Source: Candidatus Undivivens industriae
GTDB taxonomy: Bacteria > Omnitrophota > Gorgyraeia > Gygaellales > Profunditerraquicolaceae
Direction of reading: 5' to 3'
DNA length: 64,000 nt
NCBI GenBank assembly: GCA_012514745.1
Contig: JAAYZR010000030.1
Coordinates: 5,946-69,945 of the forward strand
The position numbers and the translations under genes are program-made. Below the pieces are notes generated by a model that worked only from the letters and a program-made list of their open reading frames with translations, searched no databases and was not told the origin of the DNA. Position 1 is the stretch's first letter. Each line of letters opens with the position of its first letter. This document shows, piece after piece, positions 18,516 through 28,437 of this stretch.

Positions 18516-19151
18516 CTATTTATGCCTGGTCACGGCCGCGATGAACGCCGACATTTTACATATGTCTTTCTTGCCCGGGGCGCTCTCCAGGCGGCTGCCG
18601 GCGTCCACCCAGTCGGGCCGGATTTTCTTTATCGCGCGCGCGACATTCCCGGCGTGCAGGCCGCCGGAAAGAAATACCCTCTTCTTTATCTTCAGTCCGG
18701 CAAGCATATCCCAGTCAAAGGTCTTCCCTGTCCCGCCTTTGGCTTTAGGAGCGTAGGCGTCGAAAAGAAACGCCCAGATCCCCCTGTATTGCCTCAAAAC
18801 CGCGGGGTCCGGAGGCAATTTAAGCCCGAAGGCTTTTATCAATTTGATCCCTTTAAGACCGGCGCAGTATTCCGGAGTTTCTTTCCCGTGCAGTTGCACA
18901 GCGTCGAGGGCGCAATCCTTCACCGCTCTCAGGATGCGCGCCTTCGGAGCATCCACGAAAACCCCGACCTTCAATATCTTTTCCGGCAGCGAAGAGATTA
19001 TACGCGCGGCTTTCGCCGGAGTGATGTAACGCGGGCTTCCGCGGTAGAAAATAAACCCCACCGCGTCGCAGCCGGCTTCGACTGCGGCAAGCGCGTCCCG
19101 CAAACCGGTTATACCGCAGATCTTGACCAGCGGACGCTTCAACGCTACCAC
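18516..19151 (-). CDS. trpF: Phosphoribosylanthranilate isomerase
   Basis: VKICGIT, VQLHGKE, GGTGKTFDW and LSGGL. Confidence 0.96.
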   Translation of the reverse strand: MVALKRPLVKICGITGLRDALAAVEAGCDAVGFIFYRGSPRYITPAKAARIISSLPEKILKVGVFVDAPKARILRAVKDCALDAVQLHGKETPEYCAGLKGIKLIKAFGLKLPPDPAVLRQYRGIWAFLFDAYAPKAKGGTGKTFDWDMLAGLKIKKRVFLSGGLHAGNVARAIKKIRPDWVDAGSRLESAPGKKDICKMSAFIAAVTRHK

Positions 19152-19930
19152 CCCATCACCTCGTTCACTTTGGCGCCGATATCCGCGCTCTCCATAAAAA
19201 CGGAGCCGATGAGCACCGCGCTCACTCCCAGCACTTTCAGGAAAAGCACGTCGGAACGGCTGCGTATCCCGCTCTCCACCGCCACATTCCTGTCTTTTGG
19301 CACAAGGGGATAAAGCCTCTCCGTGGTTTTAATGTCCACTTCCAGGGTGCGCAGATCGCGATTATTCAATCCCAGCAGGGGAAATTTTAAAGAGACCGCT
19401 TTCTTCAAATCCTTTTCTCCGTGCGACTCTATCAGACAGTCCATCCCCAGGCCGGAGGCGATACCGTACAGCTCGCTCAACTTGTCTTTGGAGAGCAGGT
19501 CGGCGATCAGGAGTATAGCGTCGGCCCCCAGCATGCGCGACTCGTAAACCTGGTAAGGTTCGAGGAGGAAGTCCTTGCGCAGCACCGGGATCTTGACGCT
19601 TCTCTTGATCTCCTGCAGATAAACGGGCGAACCGTAAAAAAAGTCTTCTTCGGTAAGCACGGAAAGCGCCTGGGCACCGGCCTGTTCGTAAGCAGCGGCT
19701 ATCTCAACCGGGAAAAACCGTTCCCTTATCACTCCTGCCGAAGGGGAAGCTTTTTTCACCTCGGCGATAAGAGAGATCTCCCTCGGCTTTACTATCGCCT
19801 GCCTGAACGGCAAAGGCGGCGGTATATCCTTAAGCCTCGCCTTGACTTCCTCTTCCGGCAGCTGCTCCATAGCCGCAGCCAGCCTTTCTCTCTTGCGCTT
19901 TACTATATCTTTCAAGATATCTTTCTTCAT
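19145..19930 (-). CDS. trpC: Indole-3-glycerol phosphate synthase
   Basis: IAEVKKASPSAG, LSVLTEEDFF, LRKDF, NNRDL and VESGI. Confidence 0.97.
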   Translation of the reverse strand: MKKDILKDIVKRKRERLAAAMEQLPEEEVKARLKDIPPPLPFRQAIVKPREISLIAEVKKASPSAGVIRERFFPVEIAAAYEQAGAQALSVLTEEDFFYGSPVYLQEIKRSVKIPVLRKDFLLEPYQVYESRMLGADAILLIADLLSKDKLSELYGIASGLGMDCLIESHGEKDLKKAVSLKFPLLGLNNRDLRTLEVDIKTTERLYPLVPKDRNVAVESGIRSRSDVLFLKVLGVSAVLIGSVFMESADIGAKVNEVMGW

Positions 19931-20946
19931 TTTTTCTCCTGTTGGGAGGTAAATTCTCTCAGGAGATTGAACTTTTCCAGCGCCCTGCCTGAATCCAGCG
20001 CGCTGACCGCCTTCTGCATCGCTTCCTCCAGGGAAGACGCGGCGTCGGCGGCGTAGATAGCGGCGGCGGCGTTCATCAGCACGGTGTCGCGGTAAGCGCC
20101 GGAGGCCCCTTTCAATACATCGAGCATTATAACGGCGTTCGCTGCCGGCCCGTTACCGGCAATGGAAGAGAGCCCCCTTCTCGAAAACCCCATGTCTTCG
20201 GGGGATATCTCGAATTCGCGCAGGTTACCGCGGTTGAATTCGCAGACATAAGTGACTCCGCCGATGGTTATTTCGTCCAACCCGTCGCTGCCGTGCACCG
20301 CCAGGACATGGAGTGAACCCAGATTGGCCAGCACCTCGCAGACAAAACAGGTCTTGCTGCGCTCGTAGACGCCTACGAGCTGGTGCCTGGTCCCGGCCGG
20401 ATTGACCAGAGGCCCGAGGAGATTGAAAATAGTCCTGCCTTTTATCTGCCTGCGGGCGGGCATGGCATACCTGACCGAGGGATGAAAAGCCGGGGCGAAA
20501 AGAAAAGCGATCCCGGTCTTCAAGAGACATTCTTTAGTCTGTTCCGGAGAGAGGGAGATGTTGATGCCGCAGGCCTCGAGGATATCGGCGCTGCCGCAGT
20601 TGCTGGAAACCGAACGGTTGCCGTGCTTGGCCACGGTGATGCCGCAGCCGGCCGCCACGAAAGCCGCGGCGGTGGAGACATTGAAAGTCCCTTTCTTGTC
20701 CCCGCCCGTGCCGCAGGTGTCCAGCACGTCGGCCCTTCCGGTATGTATTTTCAGGCAATGCCCGCGCATAACTTCTGCGGCGGCCGTGACTTCTTCCACG
20801 GTCTCGCGTCCGGACAACGCCCGCAGGAAATCCGCGACGGCATCCGTCCCTTCGGATCCGGACATTATGGTCTCCATCGCCTCCGACATTTCCGCGGAAG
20901 AAAGGACCTTACCTTCAAGCAGCAGTTGTGTGTATCTTTCTATCAT
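19927..20946 (-). CDS. trpD: Anthranilate phosphoribosyltransferase
   Basis: [27 protein letters not shown] and GLDEI. Confidence 0.97.
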   Translation of the reverse strand: MIERYTQLLLEGKVLSSAEMSEAMETIMSGSEGTDAVADFLRALSGRETVEEVTAAAEVMRGHCLKIHTGRADVLDTCGTGGDKKGTFNVSTAAAFVAAGCGITVAKHGNRSVSSNCGSADILEACGINISLSPEQTKECLLKTGIAFLFAPAFHPSVRYAMPARRQIKGRTIFNLLGPLVNPAGTRHQLVGVYERSKTCFVCEVLANLGSLHVLAVHGSDGLDEITIGGVTYVCEFNRGNLREFEISPEDMGFSRRGLSSIAGNGPAANAVIMLDVLKGASGAYRDTVLMNAAAAIYAADAASSLEEAMQKAVSALDSGRALEKFNLLREFTSQQEKK

Positions 20947-21506
20947 ATGGCCAAGAAGTTCTTCAGAAGTTGTTTCCCGCAGCCGGTCAATATCGATTCC
21001 GGATGGAACTGCACGCCGTAAACTTTGTATCTCCTGTGCTGCAGCCCCATGATCTCCCCGTCCTTCGTCCTGGCCGTGACCTCCAGGCAGCGGGGCAAGG
21101 ATGTTTCTTCCACCGCCAGAGAATGATACCTGGTCGCTTCGAACGGATTAGGCAGGCCCTTGAACACCCCTTTGCCGCGGTGATAAATACGCGAGGTCTT
21201 TCCGTGCATGATGGATTTGGCGTGCACTATTCTTCCGCCGAAAACCTGTCCTATACACTGGTGCCCCAGGCAGACGCCGAGGATAGGTATCCTGCCGGAG
21301 AATTCCGAGATCAGGCCGCAGGATATTCCCGCGTCCCGGGGAGCCCCGGGGCCCGGAGAGATGACCAGGCGTTCCGGACAAAGACGCCGCACTCCCGCGG
21401 CATCTATCTTATCGTTCCTGATCACCTTGACCCGGCAGCCGAGATCAGCCAGGTACTGGACTATATTATAGGTGAAGGAATCGTAATTATCTATCATCAG
21501 GACCAT
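20943..21506 (-). CDS. trpG: Anthranilate synthase component II (glutamine amidotransferase)
   Basis: [28 protein letters not shown] and GVQFHPES. Confidence 0.96.
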   Translation of the reverse strand: MVLMIDNYDSFTYNIVQYLADLGCRVKVIRNDKIDAAGVRRLCPERLVISPGPGAPRDAGISCGLISEFSGRIPILGVCLGHQCIGQVFGGRIVHAKSIMHGKTSRIYHRGKGVFKGLPNPFEATRYHSLAVEETSLPRCLEVTARTKDGEIMGLQHRRYKVYGVQFHPESILTGCGKQLLKNFLAI

Positions 21507-21563
21507 CTTGCCGCTCCTTGGTAAACGCCCGCCTTTAGAGAAAAACCTTTCCTCTGCGGGCGG

Positions 21564-22826
21564 TTATTCCTTCTGGCGCCGGATCCTGGCGCCCAGGCTC
21601 CTGAATTTCTCCTCTATGCCTTCATAACCGCGTTCCAGGTGGTATATCCTTGAAATAGAGGTCTTGCCGCCTGCCACCAGCCCGGCAAGGACCAAGGAAG
21701 CCGAAGCGCGCAGGTCTGAGGCCATTACCGGCGCCCCGGAAAGCTTCTTTACTCCTTCCACGATCGCGTAAGGCCCTTCACGCTGGATGCGCGCGCCCAT
21801 GCGGTTAAGCTCGGCAACGTGCATAAATCTGTCCGGATATATTTTTTCGGTTATCACGCTGATACCCGGGGTGACGCACATCAGGCTCATTATCTGCGCC
21901 TGCATATCGGTAGGAAAACCCGGGTAAGGAAGCGTGGTTATGCTGAGCGGTTTCAAATCCTTTTTCAGGGAAGCGCGCACCATATGGTCATGCCGCTGCA
22001 GCGAAGCGCCGGACTGGATCAATTTATCGAACATCGCTCCCAGATGCTCCGGCATCACGTTCCTCAGCTTGATATCGCCTTTGGTGATCAAAGCCGCCAG
22101 TATGAAAGTCCCGGCCTCTATCCTGTCGGGTATAATCCTGTGTTCGGCTCCGCGCAGGGATTTCACCCCTTCGATCTCTATAACCGGAGTCCCGTGGCCT
22201 TTGATCCTGGCGCCCATTTTGATCAGGAACTCCGCCAGGTCCGCCACTTCCGGTTCGCAGGCGGCCGATTCTATCACGGTCCTCCCCGGGGCAAGCACGG
22301 CCGCCATCATCACGTTGTCGGTGGCCAGCACCGAAGAGCCAAAAACTCCGCCGAGATAAACATACCCGCCTTTCAGCCCGGAGGCGTCGGCGACCACGTA
22401 GCCGCCCTGCACGTCGATATCGGCTCCCAGAGCCTGCAGGCCCTTGATATGCAGGTCCACCGGCCGAAGTCCGATGACGCAGCCGCCGGGCAGGGACACT
22501 TTCGCCTTCTTGAGCTTGCCGAGCAGCGGGCCGAGGACGCAAAAAGAAGCGCGCATGGTAGAAACCAGCTTATAGTCGGCTACATGCCCGCAATGCTTTG
22601 TCGCCAGTATGCGCACCGTGCCTTTATCATATTCGACGTTCTTGCCCAGGGAACGCAATATCTTCAGCATGGTCATGGTATCCCTAAGGTTCGGGACCCT
22701 CTTGAGCACGCAGGGTTCGTCGGTAAGCAGGGTTGCCGCCAGTATGGGCAGAACCGAATTCTTGGCCCCGGAAACGCTCACTTCACCCTTCAGCCTGACC
22801 CCGCCTTCTATGATGAGCTTATCCAT
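21564..22826 (-). CDS. murA: UDP-N-acetylglucosamine 1-carboxyvinyltransferase
   Basis: SGAKNS, PGGCVIGLRPVDLH, PDRIEAGT, PGFPTDMQAQ and SDLRAS. Confidence 0.98.
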   Translation of the reverse strand: MDKLIIEGGVRLKGEVSVSGAKNSVLPILAATLLTDEPCVLKRVPNLRDTMTMLKILRSLGKNVEYDKGTVRILATKHCGHVADYKLVSTMRASFCVLGPLLGKLKKAKVSLPGGCVIGLRPVDLHIKGLQALGADIDVQGGYVVADASGLKGGYVYLGGVFGSSVLATDNVMMAAVLAPGRTVIESAACEPEVADLAEFLIKMGARIKGHGTPVIEIEGVKSLRGAEHRIIPDRIEAGTFILAALITKGDIKLRNVMPEHLGAMFDKLIQSGASLQRHDHMVRASLKKDLKPLSITTLPYPGFPTDMQAQIMSLMCVTPGISVITEKIYPDRFMHVAELNRMGARIQREGPYAIVEGVKKLSGAPVMASDLRASASLVLAGLVAGGKTSISRIYHLERGYEGIEEKFRSLGARIRRQKE

Positions 22827-22844
22827 CTATACTTCTCCTTTAGT

Positions 22845-23006
22845 AAATTCCGGTTACGGCTAAGGTAACCAAACCCGTTAGCGCGCTGTTCAGTAAGTTT
22901 TTTACAGCGCACAGAACAATCGAGAGCCGAAAACCGAGATTTGATACAACGGAGATTCTCGATTTTCAAATGCCGAAGACGAAACGGACATCGTAACCGT
23001 AACCGC
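22845..23006. repeat. Palindromic intergenic element, copy 2, multi-branch structure
   Basis: Outer arms CGGTTACGG (22851-22859) / CCGTAACCG (22997-23005) with inner stems GCGCTGT/ACAGCGC and AATCGAGA/TCTCGATT. Arms are shared with 949-1059. Confidence 0.75.
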
Positions 23007-23072
23007 TATAAGATCCAAAACCCGGTAACAACAAAACATTCAGGAATCAACAAACGATCCTGAAATCCGCTT

Positions 23073-23849
23073 CTATGTTCGCCTGCGGGCTACAACAACC
23101 CGTTCTATTCCCGCGTAATCTTTAACGGTATCTTCCACTCTCATCCCGGGCGCGGAAGAAATCAGGGCGCGCACGTCTTGCGCCTGACCATATCCTATCT
23201 CCACAATCAGCAGGCCGGAAGAAACCAGGCGGCCGGAGCAGCCGGCGCAGATACGGCGGTAAAAATCCAGCCCGTCATCACCTCCGCTGAGGGCCTGCCG
23301 CGGTTCAAAAAGCACCTCGCGCTGCAAAGACCCCAACTCCCCATCCGGGATATAGGGCGGGTTGGAAACTATGATGTCAAACTCCCCGTCTCCCGGAGGG
23401 AATAAATCTGCGTTCAGGAAATCCACCCTGCAGCGGTTGGCGGAGGCGTTTTCCCGCGCCACCTGAAGCGCCGCCGTGGAGATCTCCACGGCGCAGACAG
23501 CGCTTCGCGGCAGATAATGAGCCAGGCTGACCGCCACGCACCCGGAACCGGTGCCTATATCGAGGATGCGCAGGCGGGCTCCTGCCTTGCCGGCATGCCC
23601 CAGGACGGTCTCCACCAGTATCTCGGTCTCCGGCCTGGGAATAAGCACATCGGGAGTGACGCGAAAATCCAACCCCATGAATTCAGTCCTGCCGAGTATG
23701 TACTGCAACGGTTCGCCTTTAATACGCCTTCTCAGGACGCCGGCGATCAAACTCCCCTTATCCGGCGGCAGCTTTTGCCTGCCGCCGGTATAAAGGGATG
23801 TCCTGCTGCATTCCAACAAACCGGTGAATAAGAGTTCCGCTTCGTTCAT
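23073..23849 (-). CDS. prmC: Release factor glutamine methyltransferase
   Basis: GEPLQYILG, VLIPRPETE, DIGTGSG and SNPPY; follows prfA. Confidence 0.96.
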   Translation of the reverse strand: MNEAELLFTGLLECSRTSLYTGGRQKLPPDKGSLIAGVLRRRIKGEPLQYILGRTEFMGLDFRVTPDVLIPRPETEILVETVLGHAGKAGARLRILDIGTGSGCVAVSLAHYLPRSAVCAVEISTAALQVARENASANRCRVDFLNADLFPPGDGEFDIIVSNPPYIPDGELGSLQREVLFEPRQALSGGDDGLDFYRRICAGCSGRLVSSGLLIVEIGYGQAQDVRALISSAPGMRVEDTVKDYAGIERVVVARRRT

Positions 23850-23862
23850 AGCAAAAAAATGG

Positions 23863-24933
23863 TCATTCCTGCTTTTCCCTTAGTTTAGCTTCTTTTTCCG
23901 CTTTAAGCAATGCCCCGGATATCTCTTCCAATTCCCCCTCCAGCACCGCTTCCAGCCTATGCACCGTGAAATTGATACGATGATCCGTGACGCGGCGGTC
24001 GGGGTAATTATAAGTTCGGATCTTCTCGCTTCTCTCTCCGGAACCGATCTGAGAACGCCGTTCGGTAGTTACCTTTTTCCGCTCTTCCTCCTGTTTCCTT
24101 TCCAGGATCTTGGCGCGCAGTATCCTCATCGCCTTGTTCTTGTTCTTCAGCTGGGAGCGCTCGTCCTGGCAGGATACCACCACGCCGGTGGGGATATGCG
24201 TGATCCTGACGGCGGAATCGGTTTTTTGCATATGCTGGCCGCCGGGGCCGGAGGATCTGTAGGTGTCTATCTTCAGGTCTCCCGGGTCTATCGCCATTTC
24301 CACGTCTTCCGGTTCCACCAGCACCGCCACCGTAGCCGTGGAGGTGTGTATCCTTCCCTGGGACTCCGTCTCAGGGACGCGCTGCACACGGTGCACCCCG
24401 CTCTCAAAACGCATGCACCTATAGGCGCCTTTGCCGCTGATGCTGAAAACGACCTCTTTAATCCCGCCCAGCTCGGTTTCGCTCACCGACATGGGCTCCA
24501 CTTTCCAACCCTTGCCGTCGGCGTACTTGTTATACATACGGTAGAGCACCGCCGCGAACAGCGCGGCCTCCATGCCGCCGGTGCCCTGGCGGATCTCGAC
24601 GATGATATCCCTGTCGGCATTGCCGTCCTCTTCCTCCAGCATCGACTGCAAACGCTCTTCAAACCCGGCGAGCTTTTGTTTAAGCGCGTCTTCCTCCCGG
24701 TTGACCAGTTCAGCCATCTCCCGGTCTTCGTGCCCGTGCCGCATCTGTTTCAGCTCTTCCAGTTCGGCGGAGAGCTTGCGATGCAAACGCAGCAGCCTCA
24801 CGGGCTCCTGCAATTCCGCAAGCTCCCTGGCGTATTTACTGCACTTTTCCAGGTCGGAGACGACTTCGTCGCTGGCGAGCAATTCTTCCAGCCGGCGGTA
24901 GCGTTCTTCGAGCTTCTCCAGATGCTTCAACAT
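23863..24933 (-). CDS. prfA: Peptide chain release factor 1
   Basis: [14 protein letters not shown] (PxT), GGQ and RSEKIRTYN. Confidence 0.97.
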   Translation of the reverse strand: MLKHLEKLEERYRRLEELLASDEVVSDLEKCSKYARELAELQEPVRLLRLHRKLSAELEELKQMRHGHEDREMAELVNREEDALKQKLAGFEERLQSMLEEEDGNADRDIIVEIRQGTGGMEAALFAAVLYRMYNKYADGKGWKVEPMSVSETELGGIKEVVFSISGKGAYRCMRFESGVHRVQRVPETESQGRIHTSTATVAVLVEPEDVEMAIDPGDLKIDTYRSSGPGGQHMQKTDSAVRITHIPTGVVVSCQDERSQLKNKNKAMRILRAKILERKQEEERKKVTTERRSQIGSGERSEKIRTYNYPDRRVTDHRINFTVHRLEAVLEGELEEISGALLKAEKEAKLREKQE

Positions 24934-24940
24934 ACGCCTC

Positions 24941-25147
24941 TCAGGCCTTTTTCCTGCCGTACTTCTTTTCGAACTTGTCTACCCGCCCGGCGGAATCCAC
25001 GAACTTCTGCTTTCCGGTAAAGAACGGGTGGCATTTCGAGCAGACTTCCACCCGGATGTTCTGTCTGGTGGAACGGGTATGTATGGTGTTGCCGCATGCG
25101 CAGACAACCACGCTTTCTTCGTATTTGGGATGTATCTTTTCTTTCAT
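24941..25147 (-). CDS. rpmE: 50S ribosomal protein L31 (Zn-binding type)
   Basis: [23 protein letters not shown] and GRVDKF. Confidence 0.97.
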   Translation of the reverse strand: MKEKIHPKYEESVVVCACGNTIHTRSTRQNIRVEVCSKCHPFFTGKQKFVDSAGRVDKFEKKYGRKKA

Positions 25148-25200
25148 TTCTTCCTTCTCCTTTTTCGTTCGATAACTCCTGCCCCGCGCAACGCGGAGTT

Positions 25201-26460
25201 CTATTTCTGGTTCATACTGTTTAAAAACTCTTCGTTGTTCTTGGTCTTGGCCAGTTTCTCTATCAGCAGTTCCATAGCCTCCACGTTGCTCAATTCATTA
25301 AGCACTTTGCGCAGTATCCAGACCCGCTGAAGTATTTCCGGCTTCAACAGCAGTTCCTCGTGCCTGGTGTTGGAACGCTTTATGTCTATGGCGGGGTATA
25401 TCCTGCGCTGGAACAGGTTCCTGTCCAGCTGCAGTTCCATATTGCCGGTCCCTTTGAACTCCTCGAAGATCACGTCATCCATGCGGCTGCCGGTGTCCAC
25501 CAGCGCGGTGGCTATGATGGTGAGGCTCCCTCCCTCCTCGATCGCTCTAGCCGCTCCGAAGAAACGCTTTGGTTTCTGCAGGGCGTTGGAATCGATACCG
25601 CCCGACAACACCTTGCCGCTATGCGGCACCACGGAGTTATAGGCGCGGGCCAGACGCGTGATACTGTCCAGCAGGATCACCACGTCCTTCTTGTGCTCGA
25701 CCAGGCGTTTTGCCTTCTCAAGCACTATCTCGGAGACCTGCACGTGCCTCTCCGGCGGCTCGTCGAACGTGGAGGAGATAACCTCCCCCTGGACGTTCCT
25801 TTGCATATCGGTGACCTCTTCCGGCCTTTCGTCTATGAGCAAAACGATCAGCACCACGTCCGGGTGATTGCCGGTGATGGAATTGGCCAGACGCTGCAGG
25901 AGCACGGTCTTGCCGCTATAGGGAGGCGCGACTATAAGGCTGCGCTGCCCCTTGCCGATGGGGGCCAGCAGGTCTATGACTCGCGTCGATACTTCCTCCG
26001 GTTTGCGTTCCAGCATGAATCTTTCATGCGGATAGACCGGGGTCAAATTGTCGAAAAGCACCTTGTCTTTGCAGGTTTCCGGGTTCTCGAAATTGACCGC
26101 TTCCACCTTCAGCAAGGCGAAATATTTCTCACCTTCCTTCGGAGGGCGTATCTCCCCGCTGACCGTATCCCCGGTCTTTAAATCGAATTTTCTTATCTGC
26201 GAAGGGGAAATGTATATGTCGTCAGGACAGGGCAGATAATTGTAATTCGGTGAACGCAGGAACCCGAACCCCTCCGGCAGTATCTCCAGTATTCCCTCGC
26301 CGAACATCAAACCTTCTTTTTCCGCCTGGGCCTGCAGGACCTTGAATATAAGGTCCTGTTTCCTGATGCCGCTGAAGCCGTTTATGTTCAGCTCTTTAGC
26401 CAGCTTGTTCAGCTCGGTGATCTTCATCTCTTTCAATTTAGTGATATTCAGTTTCTCCAC
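25201..26460 (-). CDS. rho: Transcription termination factor Rho
   Basis: [33 protein letters not shown] and EFKGTGNME. Confidence 0.98.
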   Translation of the reverse strand: MEKLNITKLKEMKITELNKLAKELNINGFSGIRKQDLIFKVLQAQAEKEGLMFGEGILEILPEGFGFLRSPNYNYLPCPDDIYISPSQIRKFDLKTGDTVSGEIRPPKEGEKYFALLKVEAVNFENPETCKDKVLFDNLTPVYPHERFMLERKPEEVSTRVIDLLAPIGKGQRSLIVAPPYSGKTVLLQRLANSITGNHPDVVLIVLLIDERPEEVTDMQRNVQGEVISSTFDEPPERHVQVSEIVLEKAKRLVEHKKDVVILLDSITRLARAYNSVVPHSGKVLSGGIDSNALQKPKRFFGAARAIEEGGSLTIIATALVDTGSRMDDVIFEEFKGTGNMELQLDRNLFQRRIYPAIDIKRSNTRHEELLLKPEILQRVWILRKVLNELSNVEAMELLIEKLAKTKNNEEFLNSMNQK

Positions 26461-27074
26461 ACTTTCCTCCTTAGTCTCTCAACTTGTCTCCTAGTTTGCT
26501 CCAAAGAACCGCTGTTATCTATGATAAAATCGGCCAGGCGCTCCGCTTTCATGACGGAAGGCTGGGCTGAGATTATGCGCGCCACGAGTTCTTTCTTCAT
26601 TCCCCTGGAGCGCGAAGCGCGTTCCAGGCGCAGCGCCTCGGGCGCCTTAACGAAAACCAGATGATCCACAAACCGGTGCAGGCCGGTCTCCAAAAGCAGG
26701 GCCGCGTCCAGGACGATCAGCCCGGAGGCCTCCTTGAGCCGCCCGCGGATATCTTTTATGATGTAAGGGTGCGTTATGCCGTTTAACAGGGCGGTTTCCT
26801 TGCCGCCGTAGAACGCCTCCGCTGCCAGCGCCCTGCGGTTTATGCGGCCGTCCTTTCGGAGTATCCCTTTTCCGAACGCCTTGAGCAGTTTCTCAAAAGC
26901 CGGTTTACCGGGCGCTATCACGCTGTGGGCGACGCGGTCGGCATCTATCACTTTCGCCCCGCCTTTTCTGAGCATGGCAGAAATCGCGCTCTTGCCGGAA
27001 CAGATACCGCCGGTAACGCCTATCACGCAACGTTTACGCGCGGCTGTGAACGCCGCTCCGCAGGATCTTCTCAT
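26448..27074 (-). CDS. coaE: Dephospho-CoA kinase
   Basis: [20 protein letters not shown] and ADFIIDN. Start uncertain because it overlaps the glgA 3' end. Confidence 0.93.
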   Translation of the reverse strand: MRRSCGAAFTAARKRCVIGVTGGICSGKSAISAMLRKGGAKVIDADRVAHSVIAPGKPAFEKLLKAFGKGILRKDGRINRRALAAEAFYGGKETALLNGITHPYIIKDIRGRLKEASGLIVLDAALLLETGLHRFVDHLVFVKAPEALRLERASRSRGMKKELVARIISAQPSVMKAERLADFIIDNSGSLEQTRRQVERLRRKVWRN

Positions 27075-28437
27075 ATAATGAAATGTATTCCCCGGCGGAC
27101 GCCTGCCAGGAGAAACGTTTTTCCATGCCGCGCTCGGCAAGCCGGCGCCATCGGCCGGCATCGGCGTACAAACGCACTGCTTCTTTAATCTTTACGGACA
27201 GTTCCCCTGCCGATATGCCGTTCATAACGAAGCCGTTGTCCCCGGACACGGTATCGGCCAGGCCGCCGGTGCTGCTGACCACCGGGACCGTCCCGTAACG
27301 CAGGGATATCATCTGGCTCAATCCGCACGGCTCGTAACGCGAAGGCATCAGGAAAATGTCCGAACCGGCGTATATCCTGTGCGCCAGCGCCTCGTCGAAC
27401 TTCAAATGCAGGGATACCGCGCCCGGACTGCCGGCCGCGGCCTTGCGCAGCAGAGTCTGGTATTTCTCATCACCCGTGCCCAGTATCACGAACTGCATAC
27501 CTTCAGCCGCCAGTTCCGGCAGAAGCGGAACGATAAGATCGACCCCCTTCTGCTCGGCGAGGCGCGAGACCACCGCCAGAAGCGGCGCCCGGGGATCTTC
27601 CCGCAATCCGCACTCCTTCTGCAGGGCCTTTTTGTTCCCCGCCTTGCCTTCCAGTCTTCCCGCGTCGTAGTTAACAATTATCAGGGGGTCGGAGGAAGGG
27701 TCCCAGACCGAATAATCCAGACCGTTCAATATGCCGCGCAGATCGGCGGAACGTTTATTCAACAGGCCTTCCAACCCGCAGCCGAATTCCCTGCCCTGTA
27801 TCTGGCGGCTGTAAGTAGGACTGACCGTGGTCAGTGAATCGGAGAAAATCAATCCCCCTTTCAAAAGATTGACCTTGCCGTAGAATTCCAGCCCGTCCAC
27901 AGAGAACATCTCCTCCGGCAGTCCGGTAAAGGGAAAGTCCTCCGCCGGAAAGATGCCCTGGTAAGCCAGGTTATGTATGGTCAACACCGAAGCGGTTGAC
28001 CGAAAGAAAGGATTGCGGATCTGCGCAGACTTCAGGTAAACCGGAGCAAGCGACGACTGCCAGTCGTGGCAATGAAGAATGTCCGCCCTGAAGCCGAGCT
28101 GTTCGAGCAGCCGCAGGCCGCGGCGGCAGAAAAAAACGAACCGCTCCAGGTTGTCCGGGTAGTCTCCCGTGGACGAACCGTAGAACCCGTCGCGCAGGAA
28201 GTAGCCGTCGTCATGCAGAAAGTAAAAAACCGCCCCGCCTTGCCGGTGAAAAGAAACATCCGGCATTATCCTCTCCGCCCGTCTTCCGGGAACGTTGAGC
28301 TTTCCGTAGGCCGGCAGCAGAACTATCACCTCATTACCGGCTTCGCACAATGCCGGGGCAAGCGCACCGGCCACGTCGGCAAGGCCTCCTGTCTTGGCGT
28401 AAGGAACGGCTTCCGGCGTGAAAAAAGCTATTTTCAT
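27034..28437 (-). CDS. glgA: Glycogen synthase
   Basis: PYAKTGGLADV (KTGG), HCHDWQ, TIHNLAYQG and PSRYEPCGL. Confidence 0.96.
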   Translation of the reverse strand: MKIAFFTPEAVPYAKTGGLADVAGALAPALCEAGNEVIVLLPAYGKLNVPGRRAERIMPDVSFHRQGGAVFYFLHDDGYFLRDGFYGSSTGDYPDNLERFVFFCRRGLRLLEQLGFRADILHCHDWQSSLAPVYLKSAQIRNPFFRSTASVLTIHNLAYQGIFPAEDFPFTGLPEEMFSVDGLEFYGKVNLLKGGLIFSDSLTTVSPTYSRQIQGREFGCGLEGLLNKRSADLRGILNGLDYSVWDPSSDPLIIVNYDAGRLEGKAGNKKALQKECGLREDPRAPLLAVVSRLAEQKGVDLIVPLLPELAAEGMQFVILGTGDEKYQTLLRKAAAGSPGAVSLHLKFDEALAHRIYAGSDIFLMPSRYEPCGLSQMISLRYGTVPVVSSTGGLADTVSGDNGFVMNGISAGELSVKIKEAVRLYADAGRWRRLAERGMEKRFSWQASAGEYISLYEKILRSGVHSRA

